From Candidatus Omnitrophota bacterium (GTDB lineage: Bacteria > Omnitrophota > Gorgyraeia > 2-01-FULL-45-10): 32,000 bases of DNA. Shown piece by piece: positions 1 to 9,635 of this stretch; positions within the stretch are counted from its first letter, which is position 1; every line of letters begins with the position of its first letter. A model generated the notes under the pieces. It saw only the letters and a list, made by a program, of their open reading frames with translations, did no database searches and was not told where the DNA came from. The stretch lies in contig JAMWCX010000004.1 of NCBI GenBank assembly GCA_023818895.1, positions 21,947 to 53,946 on the forward strand, written 5' to 3'. A program made the position numbers and the translations under genes.

Positions 1-728
1 CGAAGCGATATAAATAGATCGACATATCCGTCAGGAAAAGAAAAACCCATTGAGCTATAATACTGGCTAAACTCTTCCAGCAAAACATCGTTGATGCTGA
101 CAGTGGCGTTCAGAAGACCTTCTTTTATCGAATAGGTGCCGGATGACTTAAAATAGATGGGCCGTTCTATCGGTATATCGCAGGCGAGAGAATATCGCAA
201 TATCTGATCTTCATTAACATGGATTTTCATACGAAGATTGTCCAGGCGTTCCTTGAACGTCGGATCGAGTGTTCTATCAACAAAAAGAACTCGGCCGTTT
301 CTTACCATCAGACGCCGTGGCAGAAGTGCTATATTCCCCGCCGGTCTATATGATATATTAAAAAAGGATGCCACATTAAACTTTCCGTCGGATCTCCTTT
401 CGACATATATGGCCGGGGAATCCACGAATACGGAGTGTATAACGATTTTCTTGGCAAAAAGCGGCGCAAGCTCGATGCCGCAGGAGACATTTTTGGCCCA
501 GATCGTTATCGAACTTTTATCATATATCACAAGGTCCTGCAGCACCAAGCCCTTGGCGATGTTGTAACGTAAGTCTTGCAACAGGACCTTCTTGCCGGTA
601 GCTTTCTCGATCTCCATTACCACAAGATTTGCCGTGCTGGCGGGAAGGGCTATGTAGACAAGGTATGCCAGAGCGCCGACAATCACTAAAACTAACCATA
701 CGAATACAACAAGCAGCTTTTTTGTCAT
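1..728 (-). CDS. AsmA-family protein, N-terminal part (rest of gene lies beyond the left edge)
   Basis: Own translation of the minus strand from ATG 728-726: MTKKLLVVFVWLVLVIVGALAYLVYIALPASTANLVVMEIEKATGKKVLLQDLRYNIAKGLVLQDLVIYDKSS...VERRSDGKFNVASFF. The frame stays open to base 1, and it is absent from the track because no stop lies in-window. It has one N-terminal TM anchor followed by a repetitive beta-rich pattern that I associate with AsmA N-termini. The start overlaps the upstream gene's stop (ATGA at 725-728). Confidence 0.5.
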   Translation of the reverse strand, partial: MTKKLLVVFVWLVLVIVGALAYLVYIALPASTANLVVMEIEKATGKKVLLQDLRYNIAKGLVLQDLVIYDKSSITIWAKNVSCGIELAPLFAKKIVIHSVFVDSPAIYVERRSDGKFNVASFFNISYRPAGNIALLPRRLMVRNGRVLFVDRTLDPTFKERLDNLRMKIHVNEDQILRYSLACDIPIERPIYFKSSGTYSIKEGLLNATVSINDVLLEEFSQYYSSMGFSFPDGYVDLFISL

Positions 729-1651
729 ACGAGGCCATCGTACCAATTATAGACATCGAGAGATATTCCGGCTATGAAGGCCTTGGCATCCTTTGAAGTC
801 TTAGACTTATGCCGCGTAAGGGCCACTATCAGGAAATTTCCTTTTTTCGTGTAGACTATCCCCGCATCATGGCAGACGCCCCTCTCAAGGCCGGTCTTGT
901 GCGCGACGACTGTGCCGGGAGGAAGTTTCTTCGGTATACGATCCTTAACCTTCTGTCTAGCAAGTATGGTCAGACATTCTTTGGAAACCAAAGGGTTGAT
1001 CAATTTTCCACGGTAAATCTTCTCAAGAAGATAGGCCATGTCGGAGGCCGTTGTATAGTTCTCGACTCCCATCTTCCGTGACTTAAAATCCATCATGACG
1101 CGCGAGATATTCGTATTCTTAAGGCCCATACGCTTGAAGGATTTATCCAAGTAATCCATGCCTAGCTTTTCCATGAGCATGTTAGCGGCAGTGTTATCGC
1201 TCTCGGAAATCATAAGATCCATCAGTTCTTTTATTGTGTAACTCTTGCCCGGCTTTTCGCTCTTCAACACACCCGAGCCCGGAACCGTTTGGGCCCTTAT
1301 GTGTGTCATCTTCTCATCAAGCTTAAGGCGTCCCTCCGATTCGGCATAAAATACGGCTGCCATTATCGGCACTTTGACGAGGCTTGCTGACTGTATGGCC
1401 TTATCCTTGTCGAAGCTTATCTCAAGTCCTGTCGCCAGATCCTTTATGACAAGCGAGACTTCGCCATCAAAACTTTTTATATCAGAGGCGATCTTTTTTT
1501 CCAGCGCCTGCCAGGCGGCTTTGCGTTTTTCGAAAAGCAACTTCCTTTGCCGCTCCGCCTGAAAGCCTTTATAAGCCTGCATCCCAAAATTCACGGCCGC
1601 CACAGCGAGCACCAGCATCATTATCGCGGGCAATATCTTTTTTATGATCAT
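725..1651 (-). CDS. class A beta-lactamase-fold serine hydrolase, membrane-anchored or secreted
   Basis: 308 aa with an N-terminal hydrophobic anchor. The three class A motifs occur in order: SxxK (SLVK), SDN (SESDNTAAN) and KTG (HKTGL). Confidence 0.75.
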   Translation of the reverse strand: MIIKKILPAIMMLVLAVAAVNFGMQAYKGFQAERQRKLLFEKRKAAWQALEKKIASDIKSFDGEVSLVIKDLATGLEISFDKDKAIQSASLVKVPIMAAVFYAESEGRLKLDEKMTHIRAQTVPGSGVLKSEKPGKSYTIKELMDLMISESDNTAANMLMEKLGMDYLDKSFKRMGLKNTNISRVMMDFKSRKMGVENYTTASDMAYLLEKIYRGKLINPLVSKECLTILARQKVKDRIPKKLPPGTVVAHKTGLERGVCHDAGIVYTKKGNFLIVALTRHKSKTSKDAKAFIAGISLDVYNWYDGLV

Positions 1652-2013
1652 CTACGCTTTCCTACCTCTCTTGTGGCTATTAGATTTATGCCGAGACCGA
1701 GGAAATTTCTGAAAACCGTATCACCGGCTTTCAGCGGTTTTCTTATCCGGATCTTTCTTATCTCTTCCATCGCCTTGAAAAGGTCCTTCTTCGGGATCGG
1801 CTTATCCGTGCGCACAGGAACGAGTCTCAACTCCAGGCCCTCCGCAAGCAGTGTAGATGTAAGAACTCTTGTGGGATTCTCTACTTCCGCTTGAGCATAT
1901 ATCACGCCTTTGGGGCATTTAGCGCCCTTTACATCTTTTGCCTTGCTGCTTTCGATATCAACCGAAAGAACGCACCCCTTCGGGCATTCTATACACACTA
2001 AACTTTTATTCAT
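1648..2013 (-). CDS. DUF1667-type small Cys-rich protein, third subunit of the anaerobic glycerol-3-phosphate oxidoreductase-like trio
   Basis: 121 aa with CIECPKGC...CPKG motifs. There is a 4-bp overlap with the downstream gene. It sits directly after the two flavoprotein genes, which is the conserved arrangement I know from Thermotogae and Firmicutes. Confidence 0.65.
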   Translation of the reverse strand: MNKSLVCIECPKGCVLSVDIESSKAKDVKGAKCPKGVIYAQAEVENPTRVLTSTLLAEGLELRLVPVRTDKPIPKKDLFKAMEEIRKIRIRKPLKAGDTVFRNFLGLGINLIATREVGKRR

Positions 2014-2032
2014 TATTTTTGCTCTTAATGCG

Positions 2033-3010
2033 TCAATCTAAACCTTTTATATATTCCGCCGCCATCTTCCCGGCAAGCTGGCTATCAACTGTCACAGAAT
2101 CGACATAGTCATAGACTTTATACGAATTGCCGCACACGAATATACCAGGAACTGATGTCTTATTCACTTCCGTCGAGACCGGCGAGTTTGTCCTCTTGTC
2201 TATGATAACACCCGCCATTTCGATAAGCTCGTTTTCCGGTATTAGGCCTACTGAGACCAGGACAGTGTCGCACTCGATATCGAATTCGGTACCAGCTATT
2301 TCGTTCATCTTTTCATCGACTTTGGCAACAGAAACCTTTTCTACTCTGTCAGAACCGTGTATCCTTAGCACCTTATGGTTGAAGTATATCGGTATTCCGA
2401 AATCCTCGACGCATTGTACGACGTTACGCAAAAGGCCGCGCGTAGTTGGCTGTATCTCTATTATACCCTTCACCTCCGCCCCTTCCAAAGTAAAGCGGCG
2501 CGCCATTATGAGACCTATGTCGCCGGAGCCGATGATCACGACCTCTTTACCAGGCAGAAGCCCCTCGATATTTATAAGTTTTTGGGCAAGCCCTGCGGAA
2601 AAGATACCTGCAGGCCGTGTTCCCGGAATATGGACCATCTCACGGGTTTTCTCGCGACACCCTGTCGCCATTATAAGGGCTCTGGGCCTTACGGTGAATA
2701 ACCCGCCGGGCTTAAGATACGTCAAGGTCTTGTCCTTTTCAAGTCGCACCACGAACGACCTTAAACTTATTTCGATAGATGTGATATTTTTTATTTTTCG
2801 TATAAAACGGTCCGCGTACTCCGGGCCTGTCAGGACCTCCTTAAAGTATTCTATACCGAATCCCGTATGGATGCACTGATTTAAGAGTCCGCCCAGATAC
2901 TGGTCCCGTTCTAAAAGAAGTATGTCTTTAATGCCATTTTCGTACGCTGAAATGGCAGCCGCAAGCCCTGCCGGCCCGCCGCCAACTATCACCAGATCCC
3001 TCTTAATCAC
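2033..3010 (-). CDS. FAD/NAD(P)-binding pyridine nucleotide-disulfide-type oxidoreductase
   Basis: 325 aa. It has an N-terminal dinucleotide fold (VIVGGGPAGLAAA) and a second GxGxxG (VIIGSGDIGL). It overlaps the upstream gene by 8 bp. Confidence 0.75.
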   Translation of the reverse strand: MIKRDLVIVGGGPAGLAAAISAYENGIKDILLLERDQYLGGLLNQCIHTGFGIEYFKEVLTGPEYADRFIRKIKNITSIEISLRSFVVRLEKDKTLTYLKPGGLFTVRPRALIMATGCREKTREMVHIPGTRPAGIFSAGLAQKLINIEGLLPGKEVVIIGSGDIGLIMARRFTLEGAEVKGIIEIQPTTRGLLRNVVQCVEDFGIPIYFNHKVLRIHGSDRVEKVSVAKVDEKMNEIAGTEFDIECDTVLVSVGLIPENELIEMAGVIIDKRTNSPVSTEVNKTSVPGIFVCGNSYKVYDYVDSVTVDSQLAGKMAAEYIKGLD

Positions 3011-4436
3011 TCACTCTCCCCGTCTTTACAAGCTCCGAACCTTTTCCGCGTTTTGTCACGGCCAAGCGAGATAATCCCGTTTCTTGGGCCAATATCTTCA
3101 TAAGTCGCGTTGTGCAGAAAGAGCCGTGGCAGCGGCCCGCCTGGGCGCGTGTTCTGAACTTTATGCCGTCCATTGTTGTCGCGCCGCGAGCTATCGCTTC
3201 GCGCACCTCTTTTGCGGATACCATCTCGCACCTGCAAACAATATCGCCGTAGGAAGCGTCCTTCTTTATAAGTTTCTTCGTCTTTGCTATCGGAATAGCG
3301 AAAAGGTGATATTCTTTTTTTCGGTGCTTTCGAAAGACCGCTTTCTTTTTAAGAAGAAGGCCGTGATCTCTAAGGATGCCGGCCACCATAAGCGCTATCG
3401 CTGGCGCGGCGGTCAGTCCAGGCGACTGTATACCTGCGACATTTATGAACCCCGGCGCTTCATCTTCATGCCTTATTATGAAATCTTCGCCGGCAACAGG
3501 CCGCAGCCCGGCGAAATATGCTATTACGTCGTTCTCATTTATAGAAGGGACTAGCTTGTGAGCGCCCTCCAGGACCTTCCTGAATCCTTCCGATGTCGTA
3601 GAAAGATCTGTCTTGTCATCAACGTCCTCCGCCGTTGGGCCTATCATCGGATTTCCGTCGGAAGTCCTCGTAACAAGAATGCCCTTAGATATATTCGATG
3701 GAAGCGGAAATAGAAGGTGTTTTGTGAGGCCCTCCAACTTCTTATCAAGCAGAAACTCCTCGCCCTTCCGCGGCTTTATCTTAAAATTTTTTATACCGCT
3801 CATTGCGGAAACATCATCCGCATACAACCCCGCCGCGTTTATAACAAAGCGCGCGCCGAAAGCGCCTTTCTGCGTTACAATCTCAAAGCGGGGCTTCTTT
3901 GCAAGAATCTTCTTTACCTCCAGCCCTGTTCGTATCTCGGCTCCGTTTTGGATAGCATTCTCGGCAAGGTCATAAACCCAGCGGTAAGGGCTTATTATGC
4001 CGGCGGTAGGCGCATAAAGCGCTGCTATGGCCTCACCTGAAAGATTCGGCTCATTTTTTCTAAGCCATTTCTTATCTACGATCTTAAGGCGCGGAACGCC
4101 GAGAGCTTCCGCGTCTTTTTTTAACTGAATGAGGCGGCCAGCTTCCTCTTCGCTGAAGGCGACTATGAGCTCTCCGGCCTCCTTAAAATCTACCGCGAGC
4201 TCTCTTGCAAGCCTCCTCGTTAGGATATTGCCCTGCACACACAGTTTTCCTTTAAGGGATGCGGGCGGGTTCTGGGTTCCGGGATGGATAATGCCGCTAT
4301 TTGATTTCGAGACACCGAAGGCAACTTCCGCCTCTTTCTCGAAAAGCACTATCGTTAGCCTGTATCGCGAAAGCTCTCGTGCGATGGCGGTTCCTACAAC
4401 ACCGCCTCCTATTATCGCGATATCATATAAGTTCAT
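3003..4436 (-). CDS. FAD-dependent glycerol-3-phosphate dehydrogenase/oxidase-like flavoprotein with a C-terminal BFD-like [2Fe-2S] domain
   Basis: 477 aa. It has an N-terminal IIGGGVVGTAIARE FAD fold and a C-terminal CRCEMV...AGRCHGSFC cysteine pattern. There is a 4-bp overlap with glpK upstream. Confidence 0.75.
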   Translation of the reverse strand: MNLYDIAIIGGGVVGTAIARELSRYRLTIVLFEKEAEVAFGVSKSNSGIIHPGTQNPPASLKGKLCVQGNILTRRLARELAVDFKEAGELIVAFSEEEAGRLIQLKKDAEALGVPRLKIVDKKWLRKNEPNLSGEAIAALYAPTAGIISPYRWVYDLAENAIQNGAEIRTGLEVKKILAKKPRFEIVTQKGAFGARFVINAAGLYADDVSAMSGIKNFKIKPRKGEEFLLDKKLEGLTKHLLFPLPSNISKGILVTRTSDGNPMIGPTAEDVDDKTDLSTTSEGFRKVLEGAHKLVPSINENDVIAYFAGLRPVAGEDFIIRHEDEAPGFINVAGIQSPGLTAAPAIALMVAGILRDHGLLLKKKAVFRKHRKKEYHLFAIPIAKTKKLIKKDASYGDIVCRCEMVSAKEVREAIARGATTMDGIKFRTRAQAGRCHGSFCTTRLMKILAQETGLSRLAVTKRGKGSELVKTGRVSD

Positions 4437-5917
4437 CTCTTTTGACTCAAAGTTCTCTTGACCGCGTCACGCCAGCCTTCGTATAATCTGTCAGCGTGGT
4501 TACGCGACATGGTGGGCTTAAATACCCTGTCAACGGCCCAGCATCTTTTTATCTCGGCCGAATCCTTCCAGTATTCTACCGCAAGGCCAGCAAGATATGC
4601 CGCCCCCAAAGAGGTGGTCTCCACAACTCTTGGTCGAACTACATCGATACCTAGTATATCAGCCTGGAACTGGCACAAGAAATTATTCACCGTGGCGCCG
4701 CCGTCTATCTTAAGGCTCTTTATTTTAAGGGCCGAATCCCTTTGCATCGCCTCAACGACATCTTTTGTTTGGTAGCACATAGCTTCCAGAGACGCGCGCA
4801 CAAGATGGCTTGCGCGAGTACCCCTGGTTATACCGTATATGGCGCCGCGCGCGTGAGAATCCCAATAAGGCGCCCCCAGCCCGACAAGCGCAGGAACAAA
4901 ATATACTCCGGCGTTATCTACGACTGATGAGGCCATGAGCTCTGATTGCGAGGCATGGCTTAGGATTTTAAGTCCATCTCGAAGCCATTGAATAGCAGCG
5001 CCCGCTATGAATATAGCACCCTCGAGGACATAGACTGGTTCACCGTGGGGGCCACACCCTATAGTAACGATAAGGCCGTGCCTGGAAACCGGCCTCTTAG
5101 CGCCAGCGTTCAACAGGATAAAGCAACCCGTTCCGTAAGTATTTTTCATCGTTCCCGGCTCAAAACACACCTGCCCGAACAACGCGGCCTGCTGGTCACC
5201 AGCCACACCGGATATCGGTATTCCCGCCGGCAGTCTGTCTATGCGAATGGTGTGTCCAAACATACCGGAAGATCTTTTTACATCCGGAAGCATCACGGCC
5301 GGTATTCCCAACTTTTCCAGTATAGCCGTATCCCAACATAATTTATCTATATTAAAGCACATGGTGCGCGAGGCGTTTGTATAATCGGTGGCGTGAACCT
5401 TGCCTCCGGTAAGCTTCCATAATATCCACGAATCCGTCGTACCAAAAAGTATCTCGCCTCGTCTTGCTCGACTCATCAGGCCGGGGACGTTTTTAAGTAT
5501 CCATTCTATCTTTGTCGCCGAAAAGTAGGGATCGACGGGAAGACCTGTTCTTTTCGTAAAAAACCTTCCCATGCCATTTTCTCTGAGATTATCGCATCGC
5601 TCGGCGGTCCTGCGGCATTGCCATACTACCGCGTTGTAAACGGGTTTTCCGGTACGCCTGTCCCACACAACGGTCGTCTCTCGCTGGTTGGTTATGCCAA
5701 TGGCGGCGATCGACAACGGCGAGACTTTGGCTAGGACGCGTTGTATTGAGATATTTACACTGCGCCAAATATCATGCGGGTCGTGCTCAACCCATCCTGG
5801 TTTAGGAAAATGCTGCGGAAACTCTTGATAGGCAGATGCCACCTTGCGGCCTTTCCTATCGTAGACTACGGCGCGGCTGCCGGTCGTGCCCTGGTCTATC
5901 GCTAATATGTATTTCAT
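4433..5917 (-). CDS. glpK: glycerol kinase
   Basis: 494 aa. It has the canonical N-terminus MKYILAIDQGTTGSRAVVYD and FGGY-family sugar kinase features along the full length (GITNQRETTVVWD, GCFILLN, IDGGA). Confidence 0.93.
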   Translation of the reverse strand: MKYILAIDQGTTGSRAVVYDRKGRKVASAYQEFPQHFPKPGWVEHDPHDIWRSVNISIQRVLAKVSPLSIAAIGITNQRETTVVWDRRTGKPVYNAVVWQCRRTAERCDNLRENGMGRFFTKRTGLPVDPYFSATKIEWILKNVPGLMSRARRGEILFGTTDSWILWKLTGGKVHATDYTNASRTMCFNIDKLCWDTAILEKLGIPAVMLPDVKRSSGMFGHTIRIDRLPAGIPISGVAGDQQAALFGQVCFEPGTMKNTYGTGCFILLNAGAKRPVSRHGLIVTIGCGPHGEPVYVLEGAIFIAGAAIQWLRDGLKILSHASQSELMASSVVDNAGVYFVPALVGLGAPYWDSHARGAIYGITRGTRASHLVRASLEAMCYQTKDVVEAMQRDSALKIKSLKIDGGATVNNFLCQFQADILGIDVVRPRVVETTSLGAAYLAGLAVEYWKDSAEIKRCWAVDRVFKPTMSRNHADRLYEGWRDAVKRTLSQKR

Positions 5918-5936
5918 GATAATAACCTTTTCGCGA

Positions 5937-6719
5937 TTATATTCTGCGCTCTATCCACCTCAATATCTCTTCAAAGACCGCCTGCCGGCCCATCTCCACT
6001 GAAAGCGAATGATACATTCCTGGAAACTTCACAAGCGCTTTATCATCAACTCGAAGCCTCCCGAACACACGGGCTGAAACCGCCTGATTGGCTATCTTAT
6101 CGTCGCCAGGCAGAAGAAAAAGGGTAGGAACTGTTATCTTCGGCGCCGCAGACCGGGCAGACGCCTGATAAATCATCAGCTCGAATAGAAGCCTGGCCGA
6201 TGCTGAGCGGTATTCAAGAGGGTCGCAATCCATTCTATTCCTATAACGAGAGTCACGCGTGCACATGGAAGAATCGAATGGCAGCTTTATCTGGTTAGCG
6301 GGGTTATAAAGAAGCGAAATCGCTATTTTCAGGTAATCCAGAACGTTAAGACGCACTCTGTTCGCGAAAGCTGGCGAAAGTAGTATAAGTCCGTCAAAAC
6401 AGCTGGGGTTTTTAGCAGCGAGTATGAAGGAAATTATGGCGCCCATGCTCTCGCCGATCAGGAATATTTTCTTTCCGGGAAGCTGCGTGGCCGCCAGCTC
6501 GCGTAGACGCATTACATCGCTGAAATATCTTCTGAAATTCCCCGTTTTCTCAAGCTCAATCGCATAAGATAAGACACCTTTTGTAAGAAAAAACTCCGCC
6601 AGCGCCTCCCACCTTCCACCGTGCGCCCCGAGGCCATGCACCAGTAAAAAAACCGCTCTCGGAGAGGAAGGCGCCCATCGCCTGTAGACAATATTTGGCG
6701 AGTCTTGCTTTTCGTTCAT
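5937..6719 (-). CDS. alpha/beta hydrolase (lysophospholipase / monoacylglycerol lipase-like)
   Basis: 260 aa. It has an HGLGAHGGRW oxyanion region, a GESMG nucleophile elbow and a C-terminal YH catalytic His region. It lies next to the glycerol genes. Confidence 0.7.
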   Translation of the reverse strand: MNEKQDSPNIVYRRWAPSSPRAVFLLVHGLGAHGGRWEALAEFFLTKGVLSYAIELEKTGNFRRYFSDVMRLRELAATQLPGKKIFLIGESMGAIISFILAAKNPSCFDGLILLSPAFANRVRLNVLDYLKIAISLLYNPANQIKLPFDSSMCTRDSRYRNRMDCDPLEYRSASARLLFELMIYQASARSAAPKITVPTLFLLPGDDKIANQAVSARVFGRLRVDDKALVKFPGMYHSLSVEMGRQAVFEEILRWIERRI

Positions 6720-6720
6720 A

Positions 6721-6942
6721 TCATCTCTTGAAAAAATTTGCCTTTATCCAGCCCCAGTTAAGCGCAACATGAACAAGCACAAGGACTATCATAATCATGC
6801 CGTTGTGCTCATGTATATCATATACTAACTTCATATCTGGGATATCGATACCGAAATATATGATAAGTGCCGTCACTGTCTGCGCAAGAAACGAAACAAG
6901 AAGGGCCGCGTTTACAACCTTCAATGTTTTGGCTCTGTTCAT
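6721..6942 (-). CDS. small two-TM membrane protein (DUF4405-like)
   Basis: 73 aa with two hydrophobic helices and conserved His residues (HEHNG, HVALNW). It overlaps the upstream gene by 4 bp. The family name is from memory. Confidence 0.45.
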   Translation of the reverse strand: MNRAKTLKVVNAALLVSFLAQTVTALIIYFGIDIPDMKLVYDIHEHNGMIMIVLVLVHVALNWGWIKANFFKR

Positions 6943-7463
6943 GGCTTTCTCCCGCGTTTTGAATATGATATCACAACAAGCACGATAATATAACTTATAA
7001 TTCCCATCCAGATAGAGACGATGAGATAGCCGACCGCTGTCGGGATGACAACGTTTTGCAACGATAGGCTAACGACCTTTTCCCACCTGAAATCCTTAAT
7101 AAAAATATCCCAACTTGCCCGCACATCCTGATACTTCAGGCCTGTGAGTATCGCACCGGTCTTGACAGCAAGGAAAAATACCGGTATGCTGATCCACGTA
7201 TTGGTAAGGAGGCTTCCTATAAGCGCAGAAGCGCGGTTTACCCTGAGAAGGAATGCCAGGCACAGCGCCGCGACAGGCCCCGTGCCGGGAAAAGCACCGA
7301 GAGCGACTCCGATCCCCAGGCCGATCGCTATCTTCTGGGGGGTGTCGTTTATCCTGAAAAGTTTTAGATATACTAATCTAAAAAATCGGAATATTCTGTA
7401 AGGGATGGTCCTTTTTTCGCCCATGGCTGACATGTCCCCACCATTCCCCCCAGACGTTTTCAA
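6939..7463 (-). CDS. DUF2062-family membrane protein
   Basis: 174 aa. The TPQKIAIGLGIGVALGAFPGTG motif followed by TM helices is typical of DUF2062. The track start is TTG, and ATGs at 7433 or 7424 are alternatives. Confidence 0.6.
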   Translation of the reverse strand: MKTSGGNGGDMSAMGEKRTIPYRIFRFFRLVYLKLFRINDTPQKIAIGLGIGVALGAFPGTGPVAALCLAFLLRVNRASALIGSLLTNTWISIPVFFLAVKTGAILTGLKYQDVRASWDIFIKDFRWEKVVSLSLQNVVIPTAVGYLIVSIWMGIISYIIVLVVISYSKRGRKP

Positions 7464-7581
7464 AACCCATCTTGAAGTTGTCCCAAAATCTATCTCTAGC
7501 CTGTCCCCGAAGACAGGTTAAAAGATAAATCTAAGACGCCTTCAAGCACAAAACTGAAAACGTCTCCATCCTTTTCGTTTT

Positions 7582-7956
7582 TTATATCTTGTTTTCGCCG
7601 ACATCCTTAAGATAGGCGTCAAGATAGGCGTCCGCCTCCTGCAACGTGGCGAACATGGAGGAGGGAATCATCTTCACAGCCTTGAATATCCTTTGCACGT
7701 TCGGCTGTACACGTACCATAACAAAAGCGCTGCCCTGTCCTTCCAGCGCCTGCTTTACCCTGAATATCAGACTCAAACCGATGCTTGATATGTAATCAAC
7801 CCCCGCCATATCCAAAATAATCGCTTTGGTGTAAGGGCCCACAAGAGGATCTATCTTCTCAGCAAGCGCCTGGTGAGTATCCGTATCGATAGGACCTACT
7901 GGAGCAATAATGAAACATCCGGGACGCTTCTCCTTTACTGTAACCTTGATACTCAT
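7582..7956 (-). CDS. STAS-domain protein (anti-sigma-factor antagonist-like)
   Basis: 124 aa with the SpoIIAA-like pattern LDMAGVDYISSIGLSLIF. It is monocistronic, with >100-bp gaps on both sides. Confidence 0.7.
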   Translation of the reverse strand: MSIKVTVKEKRPGCFIIAPVGPIDTDTHQALAEKIDPLVGPYTKAIILDMAGVDYISSIGLSLIFRVKQALEGQGSAFVMVRVQPNVQRIFKAVKMIPSSMFATLQEADAYLDAYLKDVGENKI

Positions 7957-8077
7957 AAGCGCCTCTTATTCACTAGACTTCCAAAAATGTTATGAGATAT
8001 TTTTTCTCTAAAACAGCTTCCTCTTAAATAAGATTATAACCTATAAAATAAAAAAACCCAATCAAAAAGACTTTTAT

Positions 8078-8884
8078 TTATCTCTTGCGGAGGTAATTAA
8101 CCGCCAATACGATGGCAAAGAAAACGCCATAGATGACCACTATCATAGGGTTGGTGGGAAGATCCCACAGATAGGAAAAAATCAAGCCCGCCGTCACACA
8201 TAAACAGGATGCACTACAAGCGATAATGAAGATCGTCCTCACGCGCCTTGCCACGACCAGTCCTACCATCGCCGGAATAAGCAAAGAAGCGAAGACGAAT
8301 AAAACACCGCAGATCTTGGTAGCCAGGCTTATCGTAACGCCTATCGTGATATAGAGAATAAGATCTATGGCATCGGCTCTTATCCTCGCGGTAAAAGCCG
8401 TTTCTTTGTCGAAAGATACGAATATGAGCTTTCTAAAGAGCGCAAGATGAACAGAGATGATAATTATTACCGACGCCCCAAGAACCTCTATATCATGCCA
8501 GGTCGTGTAGAGAAGGCTACCTGAGGTCAGGTTCACGCCCATAGCCTCGGCCATTGGATTTTTCGCTATAAGTATCACGGCCAGGGCAGCGCAGAATACA
8601 TAAACAAAACCGATAAAACTTTCCCTTGAAACGCTGCGTTCCGTTTGAGCTAGCCAGAATATGGCTACCGCCGTAAGTGTGGAAACAAATGCGCAAGAAA
8701 AAGGATCCAGGCCCGCGAAAAGACCCAGCGCCACACCTAGCGCCGCCACTTCGGCAAGCGCTATACCCATAAATACTATTCTTTTCAGTATAACAAATAC
8801 TCCAAGATAAGCGCATACCGCCCCAGCGATAAGGCCTGCGACGAGGGCGGTCACCATAAACTGTTCACCAAAAATATCAATCAT
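8078..8884 (-). CDS. metal ABC transporter permease (ABC-3 / ZnuB-TroD-MntB type)
   Basis: 268 aa, polytopic, with composition and length typical of ABC-3 permeases. It is the last gene of the SBP-ATPase-permease trio. Confidence 0.8.
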   Translation of the reverse strand: MIDIFGEQFMVTALVAGLIAGAVCAYLGVFVILKRIVFMGIALAEVAALGVALGLFAGLDPFSCAFVSTLTAVAIFWLAQTERSVSRESFIGFVYVFCAALAVILIAKNPMAEAMGVNLTSGSLLYTTWHDIEVLGASVIIIISVHLALFRKLIFVSFDKETAFTARIRADAIDLILYITIGVTISLATKICGVLFVFASLLIPAMVGLVVARRVRTIFIIACSASCLCVTAGLIFSYLWDLPTNPMIVVIYGVFFAIVLAVNYLRKR

Positions 8885-8900
8885 GATAAAAAGTCCTTTT

Positions 8901-9635
8901 TCAGGCTGTAACGTACTTACCGTCGATCTTTTTTAGATCCATTTTGACACCAAATATGTCAGATAGAATAGAGGCGCTCAAGTCCTCCTTGCTTATTGTC
9001 CACCAACGGCCCTGCCCGGTGAGAAAAAGGAATTTATCTGAGAAGTTTATTACCTCGTTAAGTTCGTGGCTAACCAAAACCACTGTTAGGGCCTTCTCGC
9101 TATGAAGCGAAGAGATAAGTTTCAGTATCTCGCGCTCGCCTTTCACATCGAGGTCAGTAGTCGGCTCATCTAGTATCAGGAAGTTCGGCTCAAAACTTAA
9201 GGCCCGCGCTATAAGAACCCGCTGTTTCTGACCACCTGATAAGTCCCGAAAAGCTGACGAGGCCAGCTCTGGTATACCCGCTATTTCCAGGGACTCGAAC
9301 ACTTTCCTCCTGTCAGATTCATCGGTAGGGCGGAAACTGCCTTTCACAGACGCGCGCGCCATCATCACGATATCGAACACGGTAAAAGGAAAAAGAGTGT
9401 CGATAAATTGCCTCTGCATGCAGTAACCGAAACGAAGGCCCGGCGCCGTAATGACTTTGCCTGACTTTGGCTTAATAAGCCCCATGACGGCCCTTAAGAA
9501 AGTTGTCTTGCCCGAACCGTTAGGGCCCACTACACCAAGAAAATCGTTATCGTGAATGTCGAAGTTTAAATTTCCCACAACAGTCCTGCGACCGTAGCAA
9601 AGAGACGCTCCCTTAAACTCCACTATCTTTTTCAA
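8901..9635 (-). CDS. metal ABC transporter ATP-binding protein
   Basis: 244 aa with Walker A GPNGSGKTT, signature LSGGQKQR and Walker B LILDEPTTDLD. The start is TTG and overlaps the SBP gene's stop. Confidence 0.88.
   Translation of the reverse strand: MKKIVEFKGASLCYGRRTVVGNLNFDIHDNDFLGVVGPNGSGKTTFLRAVMGLIKPKSGKVITAPGLRFGYCMQRQFIDTLFPFTVFDIVMMARASVKGSFRPTDESDRRKVFESLEIAGIPELASSAFRDLSGGQKQRVLIARALSFEPNFLILDEPTTDLDVKGEREILKLISSLHSEKALTVVLVSHELNEVINFSDKFLFLTGQGRWWTISKEDLSASILSDIFGVKMDLKKIDGKYVTA

Noticed and set aside
520-756. 78-aa minus-strand ORF overlapping the AsmA-like gene start
   Set aside because: It is in a different frame from the edge-truncated gene, which has a clean TM anchor and an ATGA-coupled start at 728. 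Its sequence is Cys/Arg-rich and looks like noise.
2127-2879. Long plus-strand ORFs, such as the 250-aa ORF here and others at 238-567, 3084-3554, 4988-5341, 11401-11820, 19065-19511 and 23204-23832
   Set aside because: All lie antisense to, or out of frame with, minus-strand genes that have clear family motifs. Their compositions are Ser/Arg/Pro-rich and typical of shadow ORFs.
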